From Raja brachyura (lineage: Eukaryota), in contig OY740795.1 in NCBI GenBank assembly GCA_963514005.1, positions 40,114,001 through 40,178,000 on the forward strand: a DNA stretch of 64,000 nucleotides, given 5' to 3'. This document shows positions 47,644-59,637 of this stretch, piece by piece. The position numbers and the translations under genes were made by a program. Positions within the stretch are counted from its first letter, which is position 1. Each line of letters starts with the position of its first letter. The notes beneath the pieces were generated by a model. The model was not told where the DNA came from, ran no database searches, and worked only from the letters and a program-made list of their open reading frames with translations.

Positions 47644-49719
47644 CAGCAACTCTCCAGCATTTTGAGTTTTAATCTTTCAGAGTCCAGTACTTGATTCCCA
47701 ATCCCCATGCCCATTTCTTCCACTTACTCCAGAGAGAGCTAAATGTTATCTACTTCCTCCACCTGGCATTCAGTGCCATAGGCAGCATTTTAATACTTGT
47801 TTATTTTATTGCCCACGTATTTATCCTTGTACTTCCTACCATTGTTAAAAAAAAACCCAAAACATTATTGTTTCTTTATGTATTTCTCTACCAGCATTAA
47901 CATGGAACTACATATTTTAAGCAATGCCTCTGTTCACTCACACCTTCAGTGCATTTCAACTAATTTTTATAAACACGTTGATTTATCTTCCCAACTATAT
48001 TATCAACCTGTTTGCTCTATTTATTACAGCAAAACACAAAGTGCTGGAGTAACTCAGCAGGTGAGGCAGCACCTGTTGAGAGAATGGACAGGTGACATTT
48101 TGTCCAGCCAGACCTGCCGAGTTACTCCATCACTTTGTGTCTTACTCAATGTTCCAACATCTGCAGTTCTTTATATCTTTGTTCTTTTTACTAGCCCGTT
48201 ATGTTGTGAGATATTTAGCAGTTCTCCTGTTTGCCCATGAAAAGACAATCTTCCCCCCCCCCGGGAATACACCAGTGCCAATCTTTCTCCAAAACTATTT
48301 ATCTTAACTATAGATTTCCCAGCCAATAGTTAAGGACTTCATTATATCAATTTCACTTAGAAATGAATAGGCGTGATAAAATATTTAATTCCACTTACTA
48401 TTTAATTACAAATCCACAGGTAAATGGCAGGGAAGTAATGGAGATTTCTCAAAACAATATTACAGGAGTTTTGCCTTACTTGGCAAAAATAAATCCCAGC
48501 CTCCCCTTCCTCTAATTCAAAATATAATTCCATGAAGCAGTTAGCTCTTTAATACCATGTATAGGCAGGCCATTGTACATGGAGTAGTCTGTAGCTAAAG
48601 TGATTAATAATCTCATTGCAAATTATACAAACATTCCATCAGAGAGCAGGGACCCTACCTAATTTCTATGTATCCCTGCACAGGGACACCGAGACCAATT
48701 GAAGAATTGGCCAAGATCCATCAACATAACATGGATCAAGAACCGAAACTGTGACAGTCTGGAATTTGTGACCTAATTAATACTTCAGTTGTTGCAATTT
48801 AGCCAGGGGCTATTGGGAGATTCTATTTATTCAATGACATTTTGAGAATAATAACGAGCACAGTGACTGCAGAATCTGAATTTGTGAACTCCTGAAAACA
48901 GCAGTTTGAACATTGCCTAAGTTGTTATTATGGGCCTGTGCATTGCAGAAATTAGCATTTGCAATGTCTAAATTGGTATTGATTTGAGATTTATGCTGTC
49001 TGCAATAGGCTTAAAGATGACAAGATATGTTATTGACTGACCTGATGAGTGGGTCAGCACGATGGGATGTGATGCTCATCTGTTTGGAAAGAGAAAAACT
49101 GGCATGTGTTGCCTTGCCACACTTCATGTTCCCATCTCATCAGCAAAATTGAAACTGGCAAGAACAGATGCCCAGGAGAAGTTTACAGTCACATAACTCT
49201 ACATGCCTGGCTGAAGGAGCATTACAATGAGAAGCTAAATAGATAAATGAGAGTTATAGAGCATGGATTAGATGGATGCAAATGTCATGTATAAGAACTG
49301 ATATAAGCTGAATGCATACATTGGGGAAAAAAATCAAACTGTTTTAAGTGACTTCATCGCTACTACACATCATTGATTTGACAATATTTTATTATTTTTA
49401 CCTGCGCTTGGGGACATTTGAATTTATGAAGCTATGTGAAATGCATTTGGCATCAGAGTATTGACTGGGTTATTTGAAGGGCAGATCCTTTCTGACAACA
49501 ATAAAGATACATTTTGATTTCTTAACATAAAAACAAATTTACATGTGAAAGCATGGCTGTACAGCACACTTCCATTAAATTTTAATTACATCTAAAGCTA
49601 TTATTGGGATTATTCAATGCATATTAAGTTTTTATGGATTTTAGGAAAACAGTGAAACTTAGTTAATTTAGTATATGCATGTGTTATATAAAATATGCAT
49701 TAAGCAGCATTTGGAGACA

Positions 49720-50498
49720 TCATAATCATAATTATAATCATAATTTATTAGCCATGTATGTTTTGCAACATACGAGGAATTTGATTGGCCATACAGTCAC
49801 ACCAATAAAAAGCAACAAGACACACAAAGTACATTTTAACATAAACATCCACCACAGTGACTCCTCCACATTCCTCACCGTGATCGAAGGCGCAAAAAAG
49901 TTCAATCTCTTCCCTTCTTTGTTCTCCAGCAGTCGGGGGCCTTGAGCCTTCCGTTGACAGGGCGATCTTGGCTCCCGTAGCCGGGGGCGTTTGGGCCCTC
50001 GCGTCGGGGTGATCAAGCTCCTGCATCGGGGGGAATCTCAGCTCCCCAGCGCGGGGCGATCTGATCCCAGGTCGGGGCTGGTCGAAACCTTCTGTGTCGT
50101 TTGGAGCTCCCGACATCGGCCTCTACCCGAGACTGCGAGCTCCTCGATGGTGAAATCCGCAGCCCGCAGATTGGAGCATCGATCCCAGGCAAGGGATCGA
50201 TGCTCTGATGGTAAGTCCACGTCCTCGCGGTGGGGCTCAAAGTCAGTCCCGAGCAAGGCCGCCAACTCCATGATGTTAGGCCGCAGAGCGACCGGAGAAA
50301 TGATCCGGTAAACAATTGCATCTCTGGCAAGGTAAGAAATTGGAAAAAAGTTTTCCCTAACCCCCTCCTCCACCCCCCACATAAAACAAACCAGAGAACA
50401 TTAACACATACTTTTAAAGCACACTAAAAATAACAAAAAAAAGACAAAAAGACAGACAGACTGTTGGCGGGGCTGCCATCGCGGCACAACCCGGTGGC
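49720..50498 (-). mobile_element. ~780-bp CpG-rich non-autonomous retroelement with Rex1-like tail
   Basis: Minus strand ends AAATTCCTCG...GCTAATAAA(TTATGA)n, resembling the AATTTC...ACAAT(A/T)AA + short repeat tail of Rex1 copies here; no coding motifs. Confidence 0.55.
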
Positions 50499-51011
50499 AA
50501 CTACATATAGTGGCAACCTCAAGCCACTGGCTACTGAACCAAAAGTGCCTTAATGGTACAGTTAATCGTATTTTATTAAACTAAACATCAGATTAGCCTG
50601 AGCATTCTGTCACTCCAGACTACTGACTTGCATTCAGTGCAAGTATAGTGGATCTAGGCCAATTGTGAGCTATCGTTGAGGTTACAATTTGGAAATATGC
50701 CTGAATGTTAAGGATAAAGTAAATGGTGCTCTACTGTGTCAAAATCAATACAATCTAAACCTGAACAGGTTAATTAGACCTGAACCTAAAATAATTAGCT
50801 CATCCTGCTCATTACAGAATCAAAGCTCAAATCAACACCAGTCTTTTGTTTTGGAACAGTGTGGATGTGATTACATCACAATTCAATATGTTATTTTGGC
50901 CAAGTCAGGACAAATGAGCCTTTCTAGAATTTTCCAACAGTATGTATTAATATTGTACCTCTAACAAAACCAAAATGTTTCAAAGCATTTCACAGGATAT
51001 GACAACAACCT

Positions 51012-51773
51012 GACAACAACCTGGCCCTTAACTCCAAGAAGACCAAGGAACTCATTGTAGACTTCAGGAAGTCAAGGGGCGGCACGCACACCCCCATCCA
51101 CATTAACGGTACGGAGGTGGAACGTGTTTCTAGCTTCAGGTTCCTGGGAGTCAACCTCTCCGACGACCTCTCTTGGACCCACAATACCTCAACTCTGATC
51201 AAGAAGGCTCACCAGCGTCTCTTCTTCCTGAGGAGACTGAAGAAGGTCCATCTATCTCCTCAGATCCTGGTGAACTTCTACCGCTGCACCATCGAGAGCA
51301 TCCTTACCAACTGCATCACAGTTTGGTATGGCAACTGCTCTGTCTCCGACCGGAAGGCATTGCAGAGGGTGGTGAAAATTGCCCAACGCATCACCGGTTC
51401 CTCGCTCCCCTCCATTGAGTCTGTCCAAAGCAAGCGTTGTCTGCGGAGGGCGTTCAGCATCGCCAAGGACCTCTCTCACCCCAACCATGGACTGTTTACC
51501 CTCCTACCATCCGGGAGGCGCTACAGGTCTCTCCGTTGCCGAACCAGCAGGTCCAGGAACAGCTTCATTCCGGCGGCTGTCACGCTACTCAACAACGTAC
51601 CTCGGTGACTGCCAATCACCCCTCCCCCCCCCCCCCCCCCCCGGACACTTATTGTTATTTATTCAAATCATTTGCTGTGTCGCTCTTCCAGGGAGATGCT
51701 AAATGCATTTCGTTGTCTCTGTACTGTACACTGACAATGACAATTAAAATTGAATCTGAATCTGAATCTGAAT
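51012..51773 (+). mobile_element. Young 5'-truncated Rex1/Babar LINE
   Basis: Open frame NNLALNSKKTKELIVDFRK...ERVSSFRFLGV...LLPSGRRYRS (to 51608); tail (GAATCT)n. Confidence 0.9.
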
Positions 51774-52000
51774 ATCATCCAAATTTGGCAGAGACAATTC
51801 AGGAAACTTTATCATGAAACGTGAACATAGGGAAAGATTGTAAGGAGCATCTTAAAGGAGAATAGAGGTAGAAATTGCAGAAGAAATTCTGGAGTTTAAT
51901 TTCAACAGCTGAAAGGACAGCCTCTAATTACCTAGGAGTAGGCCATTCGGCCCTACGAGCCTACACCGCCATTCAATATGATCATGGCTGATCAACCAAA

Positions 52001-55000
52001 TCAGTATTCTGTACCTGCCTTCTCTCCATACCCCCTGATCCCATTAGCCACGAGGGCCACATCTAACTCCCTCTTAAATATAGCCAATGAACTGGCCTCA
52101 ACTACCTTCTGTGGCAGAGAATTCCAGAGACTCACCACTCTCTGTGAGAAAAATGATCTTCTCATCTCGGTCCTAAAAGACTTCCCCCTTATCCTTAAAC
52201 TGTGACCCCTTGTTCTGGAGTTCCCCAACATCCGGAACAATCTTCCTGCATCTAGCCTGTCCAACCCCTTAAGAATTTTGTAAGTCTCTATAAGATCCCC
52301 CCTCAATCTCCTAAATTCCAGCAAGTACAAGCTGAGTCTATCCAGTCTTTCTTCATATGGAAGTCCTGCCATCCCAGGAATCAGTCTGGTGAACCTTCTC
52401 TGTACTCCCTCCATGGCAAGAATGTCTTTCCTCAGATTAGGAGACCAAAACTGTATGCAATACTCCAGGTGTGGCCTCACCAAGACCCTGTACAACTGCA
52501 GTAGAACCTCCCTGCTCTTGTACTCAAATCCTTTTGCTATGAAGGCTAACATACCATTCACTTTCTTCACAGCCTGCTGCACCTGCATGCCTACTTTCAA
52601 TGATTGGTGTACCATGACACCCAGGTCTCGTTGCATCTCCCCCTTTCCTAATCGGCCACCGTTCAGATAATAGTCTACCCTCCTGTTTTTGCCGCCAAAG
52701 TGGATAACCTCACATTTATCCACATTATACTGCATCTGCCATGCATTTGCCCACTCACCCAACCTATCCAAGTCACCTTGCAGCCTCCTAGCATCCTCCT
52801 CACAGCTAACACTGCCCCACAGCTTCGTGTCATCCGCAAACTTGGAGATGTTGCATTCAATTCCCTCATCCAGATCATTATATTGTAAATAGCTGGGGTC
52901 CGAGCACTGAGCCTTGCGGTACCCCACTAGTCACTGCCTGCCATTCTGAAAATGACCTGTTTATTCCTACACTTTGCTTCCTGTCTGCCAGCCAGTTCTC
53001 TATCCACATCAACACTGAACCCCCAATACCGTGTGCTTTATGTTTGAATGCTAATCTCTTATGTGGGACCTTGTTGAAAGCCTTCTGAAAGTCCAGATAC
53101 AACACATCCACAGGTTCACCCTTATCCACTCTACTAGTTACATCCTCGAAAAATTCTATAAGATTTGTCAGACATGATTTACCTTTCATAAATCCATGCT
53201 GACTTTGTCCAATGATTTCACCACTTTCCAAATGTGCTGCTATCCCATCTTTAATAACTGACTCTAGCATTTTCCCCACAACCGATGTTAGACTAACTGG
53301 TCTGTAATTCCCCGTTTTCTCTTTCCCTCCCTTTTTAAAAAGTGGGGTTACATTAGCTACCCTCCAATCCTCAGGAACTACTCCAGAATCTAAAGAGTTT
53401 TGAAAAATTATCACTATGCATCCACTATTTATGGGGCTACTTCCTTAAGTACTCTGGGATGCAGCCTATCTGGCCCTGGGGATTTATCGGCCTTTAATCC
53501 ATTCAATTTACTTAACACCACTTCCCGGCTTACCTGGATTTCACTCAGTTCCTCCATCTCATTTGACCCCCGGTTCCCTGCTATTTCCAGCAGATTATTT
53601 ATGTCTTCCTTAGTGAAGACAGAACCAAAGTAGTTATTGAATTGGTCTGCCATGTCCTTGTTCCCCATGATCAATTCACCAGTTTCTGACTGCACGGGAC
53701 CTACATTTGTGTTTACTAACCTTTTTCTCTTCACATATCTATAAAAATTTGCTGTACGTTTTTATGTTCCCTGCCAGTTTTCTTTCATAATCTATATTCC
53801 CTTTCCTAATTAAGCACTTTGTCCTCCTCTGCTGGACTCTGAATTTCTCCCAGTACTCTGGTAGGCTGCTTTTTCTGGCTAATTTGTACGCTTCATCTTT
53901 TGCTTTGATCCTATCCCTGATTTCCCTTGTTATCCACGGATGCACTACCTTCTTTTGCCAAACTGGGATGAACAATTGTTGTAGTTTATCCATGCAGTCT
54001 TAAAAGGCCTTCCATTACATATCCACCGTCAACCCTTTAGTCTATCCAGTCTATCTTGGCCAATTCACGTCTCATACCCTCAAAGTTAACTTTCTTTAAG
54101 TTCAGAACCCTTGTTTCTGAATTAACAATGTCACTCTCCATCCTAATGAAGAACTCAGCCATATTATGGTCACTCTTGCCCAAGGGGCCACGCACAACAA
54201 GACTGCTAACTAACCCTTCCTCATTACTCAATACCCAGTCTAGAATAGCCTGCTCTCTCATTGGTTCCTCTACATGTTGGTTTAGAAAACTATCCCACAT
54301 ATATTCCAAGAAATCCTCTTCCTCAGCACCCCTGCCAATTTGATTCACCCAATCTGTATGTAGATTGAAGTCACCCATTATAAATGTTTTACCTTTGTTG
54401 CACACATTTCTAATTTCATGTTTGATGCCATCCCCAACTCCACTACTACTGTTAGGTGGCCTGTACACAACTCCCACTAGCGTTTTCTGCCCCTTAGTGT
54501 TTCGCAGCTCTACCCATATCGATTCTACATCCTCCAAGCTAATGTCTTTCCTTTCTATTGCATTAATCTCCTCTCTGAACAGCAACGCTACTCCACCTCC
54601 TTTTCCTTTCTGTCTATCCCTCCTGAATATTGAATATCCCTGGATGTTCAGCTCCCAGCCTTGGTCACCCTGGAGCCATGTCTCCGTGATCCAGGCACGT
54701 GCCATGAGTAATTACTCAGGGTAGGCAGTCTATTGGCATTAAAAAAAAATTAAACCGTGCATGCGCAGATTGTTCTCCGTAAAAATTAAAAATAAAAATA
54801 AAAACAGTAACAAGTCAATTTGCCCAAGGCTTCCAAGTCTCCTTTATTCTGAATTACTGAATGGGCGGGGGGGGGGGGGGGGGGGGGGATGAAGGGTGAT
54901 AGCAGGTGGAGAGATGGTGGGAAAAACGGGAGTACAGAGAATAGTTGAATCAGTTCTCATCTAATAGAATGACAACACTTGTTCAAGGGACCAATTGGGG

Positions 55001-56425
55001 GGACAGTTCCTTTCACAGCATGTTGAGAGTCTGTGCCAGGGGTAAAGTTGTGGGGAGGGCAGGAGTGTTGAGATGGAGGGGGTCGGGGATACTGCCAGTA
55101 ACTCCCTCACTCACCGCTGCCGCAGCTCTCCAGGCGCGAAGCCACCGCAATGTGTCCGGGGTTAGAAGCAGCTCGGGGAGCTGCTAGCGGCCGCCGGGAT
55201 CCTACAGCAGAACTGGCCCCCACTTCAGCGCCTTCTGCCGGCCCGCTCACCTTTGGCAGTGCTCTCAGTCGGAACACCTCTCACCTGCCACTCGCCGACA
55301 TTACTCATGTCAGCGGCTTCCTGCTAATCCTTAAATTCCCACAGCCGAGTAACCTCAATCGCGCTGTCAGAATTTAAGGACATGAGTGAGGCCAGTGAGT
55401 GGCAGGAGAGAGGTTTTTAGACGGAGAGCTAACAGAGGTGAGCGGGGACCGGCAGAAGGAGCTAAGGTGGCAGCTGGTTCCGCTGTCCAGCCCGGCGGCC
55501 GCTCAGCTACCCAAGCTATTTCTCCACCCCCCCCCCCCCCCCCGGCCTCAATGCGGTGGCATTCCACGCCTTCGTGCAAGGAGCATTGCATGTGGCATTA
55601 TCCCAATCCCCTCCTTCATAACATTTGTGCCCCACCCGCAACTTTACCCCAGGCCAGACTCCCCAAACGCTGTGATAGGAGCTCTCCCCCCACCCCACAC
55701 CCCGGGAAATACGGTATTTAAAAACATCACCAATAAATGTACTTACCACATCATTGGTACACGAGCTCCATTCTTCTCTCCCTGTTTCCTAAGATACACT
55801 TAAAATATTGCCAATCCATATTTGAAAACCCCGGCAAGAGACTTGCGCTGCGCATGCACAGTAGGCTGCTGTGCATGCGCAGTGCTGCAAAGGCAGAATT
55901 TCTGCTGCCTTCAGCCCCGCTTGAAATTGATGGCTTCAGGCAGCACTGATGGCACGTGGACTGCACAGACCTTCCCGTGTTACATGCGCTGCGGATGAAA
56001 GGCACGGAGAATTATGCCTACCTCAGAGATTGATCTCTTAGATAGGCATAATTCTCCCATGCCTTTACTATTTATATTTAGTTATTACCATTTTATAATT
56101 TTAGTCAGCGTAGGCAGTGCCTACCTTGCCTACCTTGACCGCACGTGCCTGCCGTGATCCCAACTATATCATATTCATTAATAACTATCTGCACATTCAA
56201 CCCATCCACCTTATTACGAATGCTCCTTGCATTGAGACATAAAGCCTTCAGGCTTGTTTTTACAACACTCTTACCCCTTATACAATTATGTTGAAAAGTG
56301 GCCCTTTTTGATTTTTTCCCTGGACTTTTCTGCCTGCCACTTTTACTTTTCACCTTGCTCATTGCTTCTACCCTTATTTTACATCTCTCTGTCTCTCTGC
56401 TCATGCTCCCACCCCCCTGCCACAT
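52001..56425 (-). pseudogene. CR1 ORF2 (APE endonuclease + RT), frameshifted and split at GITETW by the hAT insertion
   Basis: LNARSIRNK, DIVGIT|ETWL, VYRPP, MGDFN, KSDH, KSPGPD, NYRPVSLTS, LDFQKAF, VPQGSVLGP, FADD. Confidence 0.93.
54692..56151. mobile_element. Non-autonomous hAT-type DNA transposon (1460 bp)
   Basis: 11-bp TIR CAGGCACGTGC/GCACGTGCCTG; 8-bp TSD CCGTGATC (54684-54691, 56152-56159); subterminal GGTAGGCA motifs; no transposase motifs seen. Confidence 0.9.
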
Positions 56426-56439
56426 TAGTTTAAATCCTC

Positions 56440-57356
56440 CCTGACAGCACTAGCAAACACGCCCCCAAGGACATTGGTTCCCTTCAAGCCCAGGTGCAGA
56501 CCATCCTGTTTGTACTGGTCCCACCTCCCCCAGAACTAGTTCCAATGCCCGAGAAATTTGAATCCCTCCCCCTTGCACCATTTTTCAAGCCACGTATTCA
56601 TCTGCAATATCCTCCTATTTCTATTCTGGCTAGCACGTGGCACTGGTAGGAGTCCAGAGATTATTACCTTTGAGGTCCAACTTTTAAGTTTATCTCCTAG
56701 CTCCCTAAATTCGCCTTGAAGGACCTCATCCCGTTTTTTACCTATATCGTTGGTGCCAGTGTGCACCATGACAGCTGGCTGTTCACCCTCCCCCTCCAGA
56801 ATGTTCTGCAGCCGTTCAGTGACATCCCTGACCCTTGCACCAGGGAGGCAACATACCATCCTGGAGTCTCATTTGCGGCCGCAGAAATGACTATCTATTC
56901 CCCTTACAATTGAATCCCCTATTACAATAGCCCTTCCACTCTTCTTTCTCCCCTCCTGTGCCGCAGAGCCACCAATGTGCCATGAACCTGGCTGCTGCTG
57001 CCTTCCCCTGATGAGCCTTCTCCCCCAACAGTATCCAAAATGGTATATATGTTTAGGAGGGAGATGACCGCAGGGGACTCCTGCACTACCTGCCTACTGC
57101 TACGCTGGCTAATGGCCACCCGTTCCCTTTCTGTCCGCTTAACCTGCGGTGTGACCAACTCACTGTACGTGCTAGTCACGAGCTTCTCAGCATCATGGAT
57201 GCTCCAGTATGAATCCAACCGCAGCTCCAATCGTTCAATGCGGACTGCCAGGAGCTGCAGCTGGACACACTTCCTGCAAATGTAGTCACCAGGAACACCG
57301 ACCATATCCCTGATCTCCCACATGTTGCAGGATGAGCAAACCATGGGGCATGGCAT
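56440..57356 (-). pseudogene. CR1 ORF1: N-terminal Cys-rich zinc finger/leucine zipper plus SGNH/GDSL esterase domain
   Basis: CSSC...CRKC...LELRL; IGDSIV, CCLPGARVRDV, HTGTND, DGLHL. Confidence 0.88.
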
Positions 57357-57440
57357 GGCTTGCCCCCAAATTAAATCAGCTCACTCACACTAAAAAAATC
57401 TTAATTCTTTAAACTAACCTTTACTAAAAAGCACTGTATC

Positions 57441-57635
57441 CTTTGCTCACTGAACCCTTTTGCTCACTGAACCCTTTTGCTCACTGACCCTTTTGCTCAC
57501 TGAACCCTTTTGCTCACTGAACCCTTTTGCTCACTGAACCCTTTTGCTCACTGACCCTTTTGCTCACTGAACCCTTTTGCTCACTGAACCCTTTAGCTCA
57601 CTGAACCCTTTAGCTCACTGAACTCTTTAGCTCAC
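57441..57635. repeat. 17-bp tandem repeat x12 (TTTTGCTCACTGAACCC) in the CR1 5' UTR
   Basis: GCTCAC at 57445, 57462, 57479, 57495, 57512, 57529, 57546, 57562, 57579, 57596, 57613, 57630. Confidence 0.95.
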
Positions 57636-57929
57636 CTTACCTTTAATGCAAACCAGGGGTTGCACCCAATCAGCTGCTTCCACCAATCAGCGGCTTCCAC
57701 CAGAACACTTGTGTAGAACGTTACAGGTTTGGGTACTCCTCCTCTTGCTCCAACGGCTCCTGGGCCTCTGTTAAAACAAAGCCCCGCGCTCGATTTTTAA
57801 ACTCACCGCCCGGAGACCATTCACTCACCATTCATTCACCAATGGGTGAGTAAACTCACTGAATGATGGGGCACAAGCAGATGAGTTTCAAATTACCTAC
57901 ACATTGCAATGATACTGACCAAGAATGTT

Positions 57930-59637
57930 ATAGACAATATACAATAGGTGCAGGAGTAGGCCATTCAGCCCTTCGAGCCAGCACCGCCATTCACTGTGAT
58001 CATGGCTGATCATCCACAATCCTGCCTTCTCCCCGTTCCTGCCTTCTCCACATATCCCCTGACTCTGCTATCTTTAACAGCTCTATTTAACTCTCTCTTG
58101 AAAGCATCCAGAGAATTGGCCTCCACCACCCTCTGAGGCAGAGAATTCCACAGCTTCACAACCCTCCGTGTGAAAAAGTTTTTCCTCATCTCCGTTCCAA
58201 ATGGCTTACCCCTTATTCTTAAACAGTGGCCTCTAGTTCCGGACTCCCCCAACATCGGGAACATGTTTCCTGGCTCTAGTGTGCCCAATCCCTTAAACTA
58301 TATTACTAAAAGACTGATCTTGACCACTTCCTGTTGTTCTGTATATTGATTTTAGAAAAAACGCTGCCGCTTACGGCTGTGATTTTTGGCCATCTCACTC
58401 AGAGTCCCCCTCTGCTGCACAGGACAAGAGGATTTTTCCGATCGATTAAAAATAAAAGAGTTATTAATGTTTAAAAATGTTGAGATTCTCTCTCCTGAAG
58501 GCCACGCTCCTTCTGGAGGGACTATAAAACCCGGAAGTGTTGAGTGCTTCAGTCAGTCTCTGCAAGATGGGGGAGAGAGAGGGTCACGTCTCTCAGTCTG
58601 AGCTGAGAATAACACTGAACACATGTCTACTAAACTGTGAGTGGTTTTACTGACCAGTCAGTGCCCTTAATGTGGTTTGAAAATATAGTTTGGAAATGCT
58701 AAAGCTGTGTTGCCTAATTAAAGTTGCCTTGCCTAATTAAAGTTGCCATGTCTTGTATATAATTATAAGTCTAATCTTGACCATTTCCTGTTCGCGCTTT
58801 ATATTGATTTTAGAAACGACGCTGCTACATACGGCTGTGATTTTTGGCCATCATACTCAGAGTCCCCGTCCGCTCATCAGGTGCCGAGGATTTTTCCCAT
58901 CAATGAAAAATAAAAGAGTTATTAGTGTATAAAAAATGTTGAGATTCTCTCTCCTGTCAATCATGCCATGAAAGCCACACCCCTTCTGGTGGGGGACTAT
59001 AAATCCCAGAAGTGTGGGCATGGTTCAGTCTCTGCAAGATGGAGGAGGGAGAGGTCATGACTCACTGTCTTTAGTGGCCTTGCACCCTGCTTGAAATGGC
59101 ATGAAACTGCACTTGAATTTGTGGCCTTGCACCCTGCTTGAAGTGGTAAGAAACTGCACTTGAATTTGATGGCCTTGCACCATGCTTGAAATGGAATTTC
59201 AAGGAATTGCCGTGAGTCAACTGCCAGCCCACCAGCCGTGAAGGAGTGAGCTGCCAGCACAACAGGCTTGAGTGACTGAGCCGCCAGCCCAATAATCCAT
59301 TCGGCCCACAATGTCCATACTAGCCCTCTGGAAACCAGTCCCTTCAGCCCACAACCCACCCCCCCGCTCCAGTCCCAACCCCCTCCCCCCCCCCCCCCCC
59401 ACTGGCCACCAATATTGGAACTGGCGGAGAGGTGGAAAATTGCGTTGGGGGACCAGCCCTCCCGTCTGATGCTGGGACCCAACGGGTCTGACTTAGTCCA
59501 GTAATCATATATATTTCAATAAGATCACCTCTCATCCTTCTAAATTCCAGAGTATACAAGCCCAGCTGCTCCATTCTCTCAACATATGACAGTTCCGCCA
59601 TCCCAAGAATTAACTTTGTGAACCTACGCTGCACTCC
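57930..59637 (-). mobile_element. 5'-truncated CR1 3' end split by a Helitron-like insert
   Basis: QRRFTKLILGM...RGDLIEIYMI (59502-59634) resumes as KGLGTLEPGNMFP...WNSLP (58296 downward). Confidence 0.85.
58297..59501 (+). mobile_element. Non-autonomous Helitron-like element
   Basis: Inserted between host A and T with no TSD; 5' ACTATATTACTAAAA, 3' hairpin GACCC-AAC-GGGTC then TTAGTCCAG (each end one change from TC.../CTAG); internal ~290-bp direct repeat. Confidence 0.72.

Larger units (their letters stand above)
51934..57830 (-). mobile_element. Near full-length CR1 LINE interrupted by a hAT-type element
   Basis: ORF1, ORF2 (EN+RT), 3' UTR GGCCGAATGGCCTACTCCT and repeat-containing 5' UTR; 5' boundary approximate. 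Confidence 0.92.

Noticed and set aside
49036-49060. CTGATGAG as a hammerhead core
   Set aside because: No stem II followed by GAAA
51926-57899. AATTACCTA (51926-51934, 57891-57899) as TSD of the long CR1
   Set aside because: The 3' microsatellite tail is missing and the 5' boundary is uncertain; a 9-bp AT-rich match may be chance
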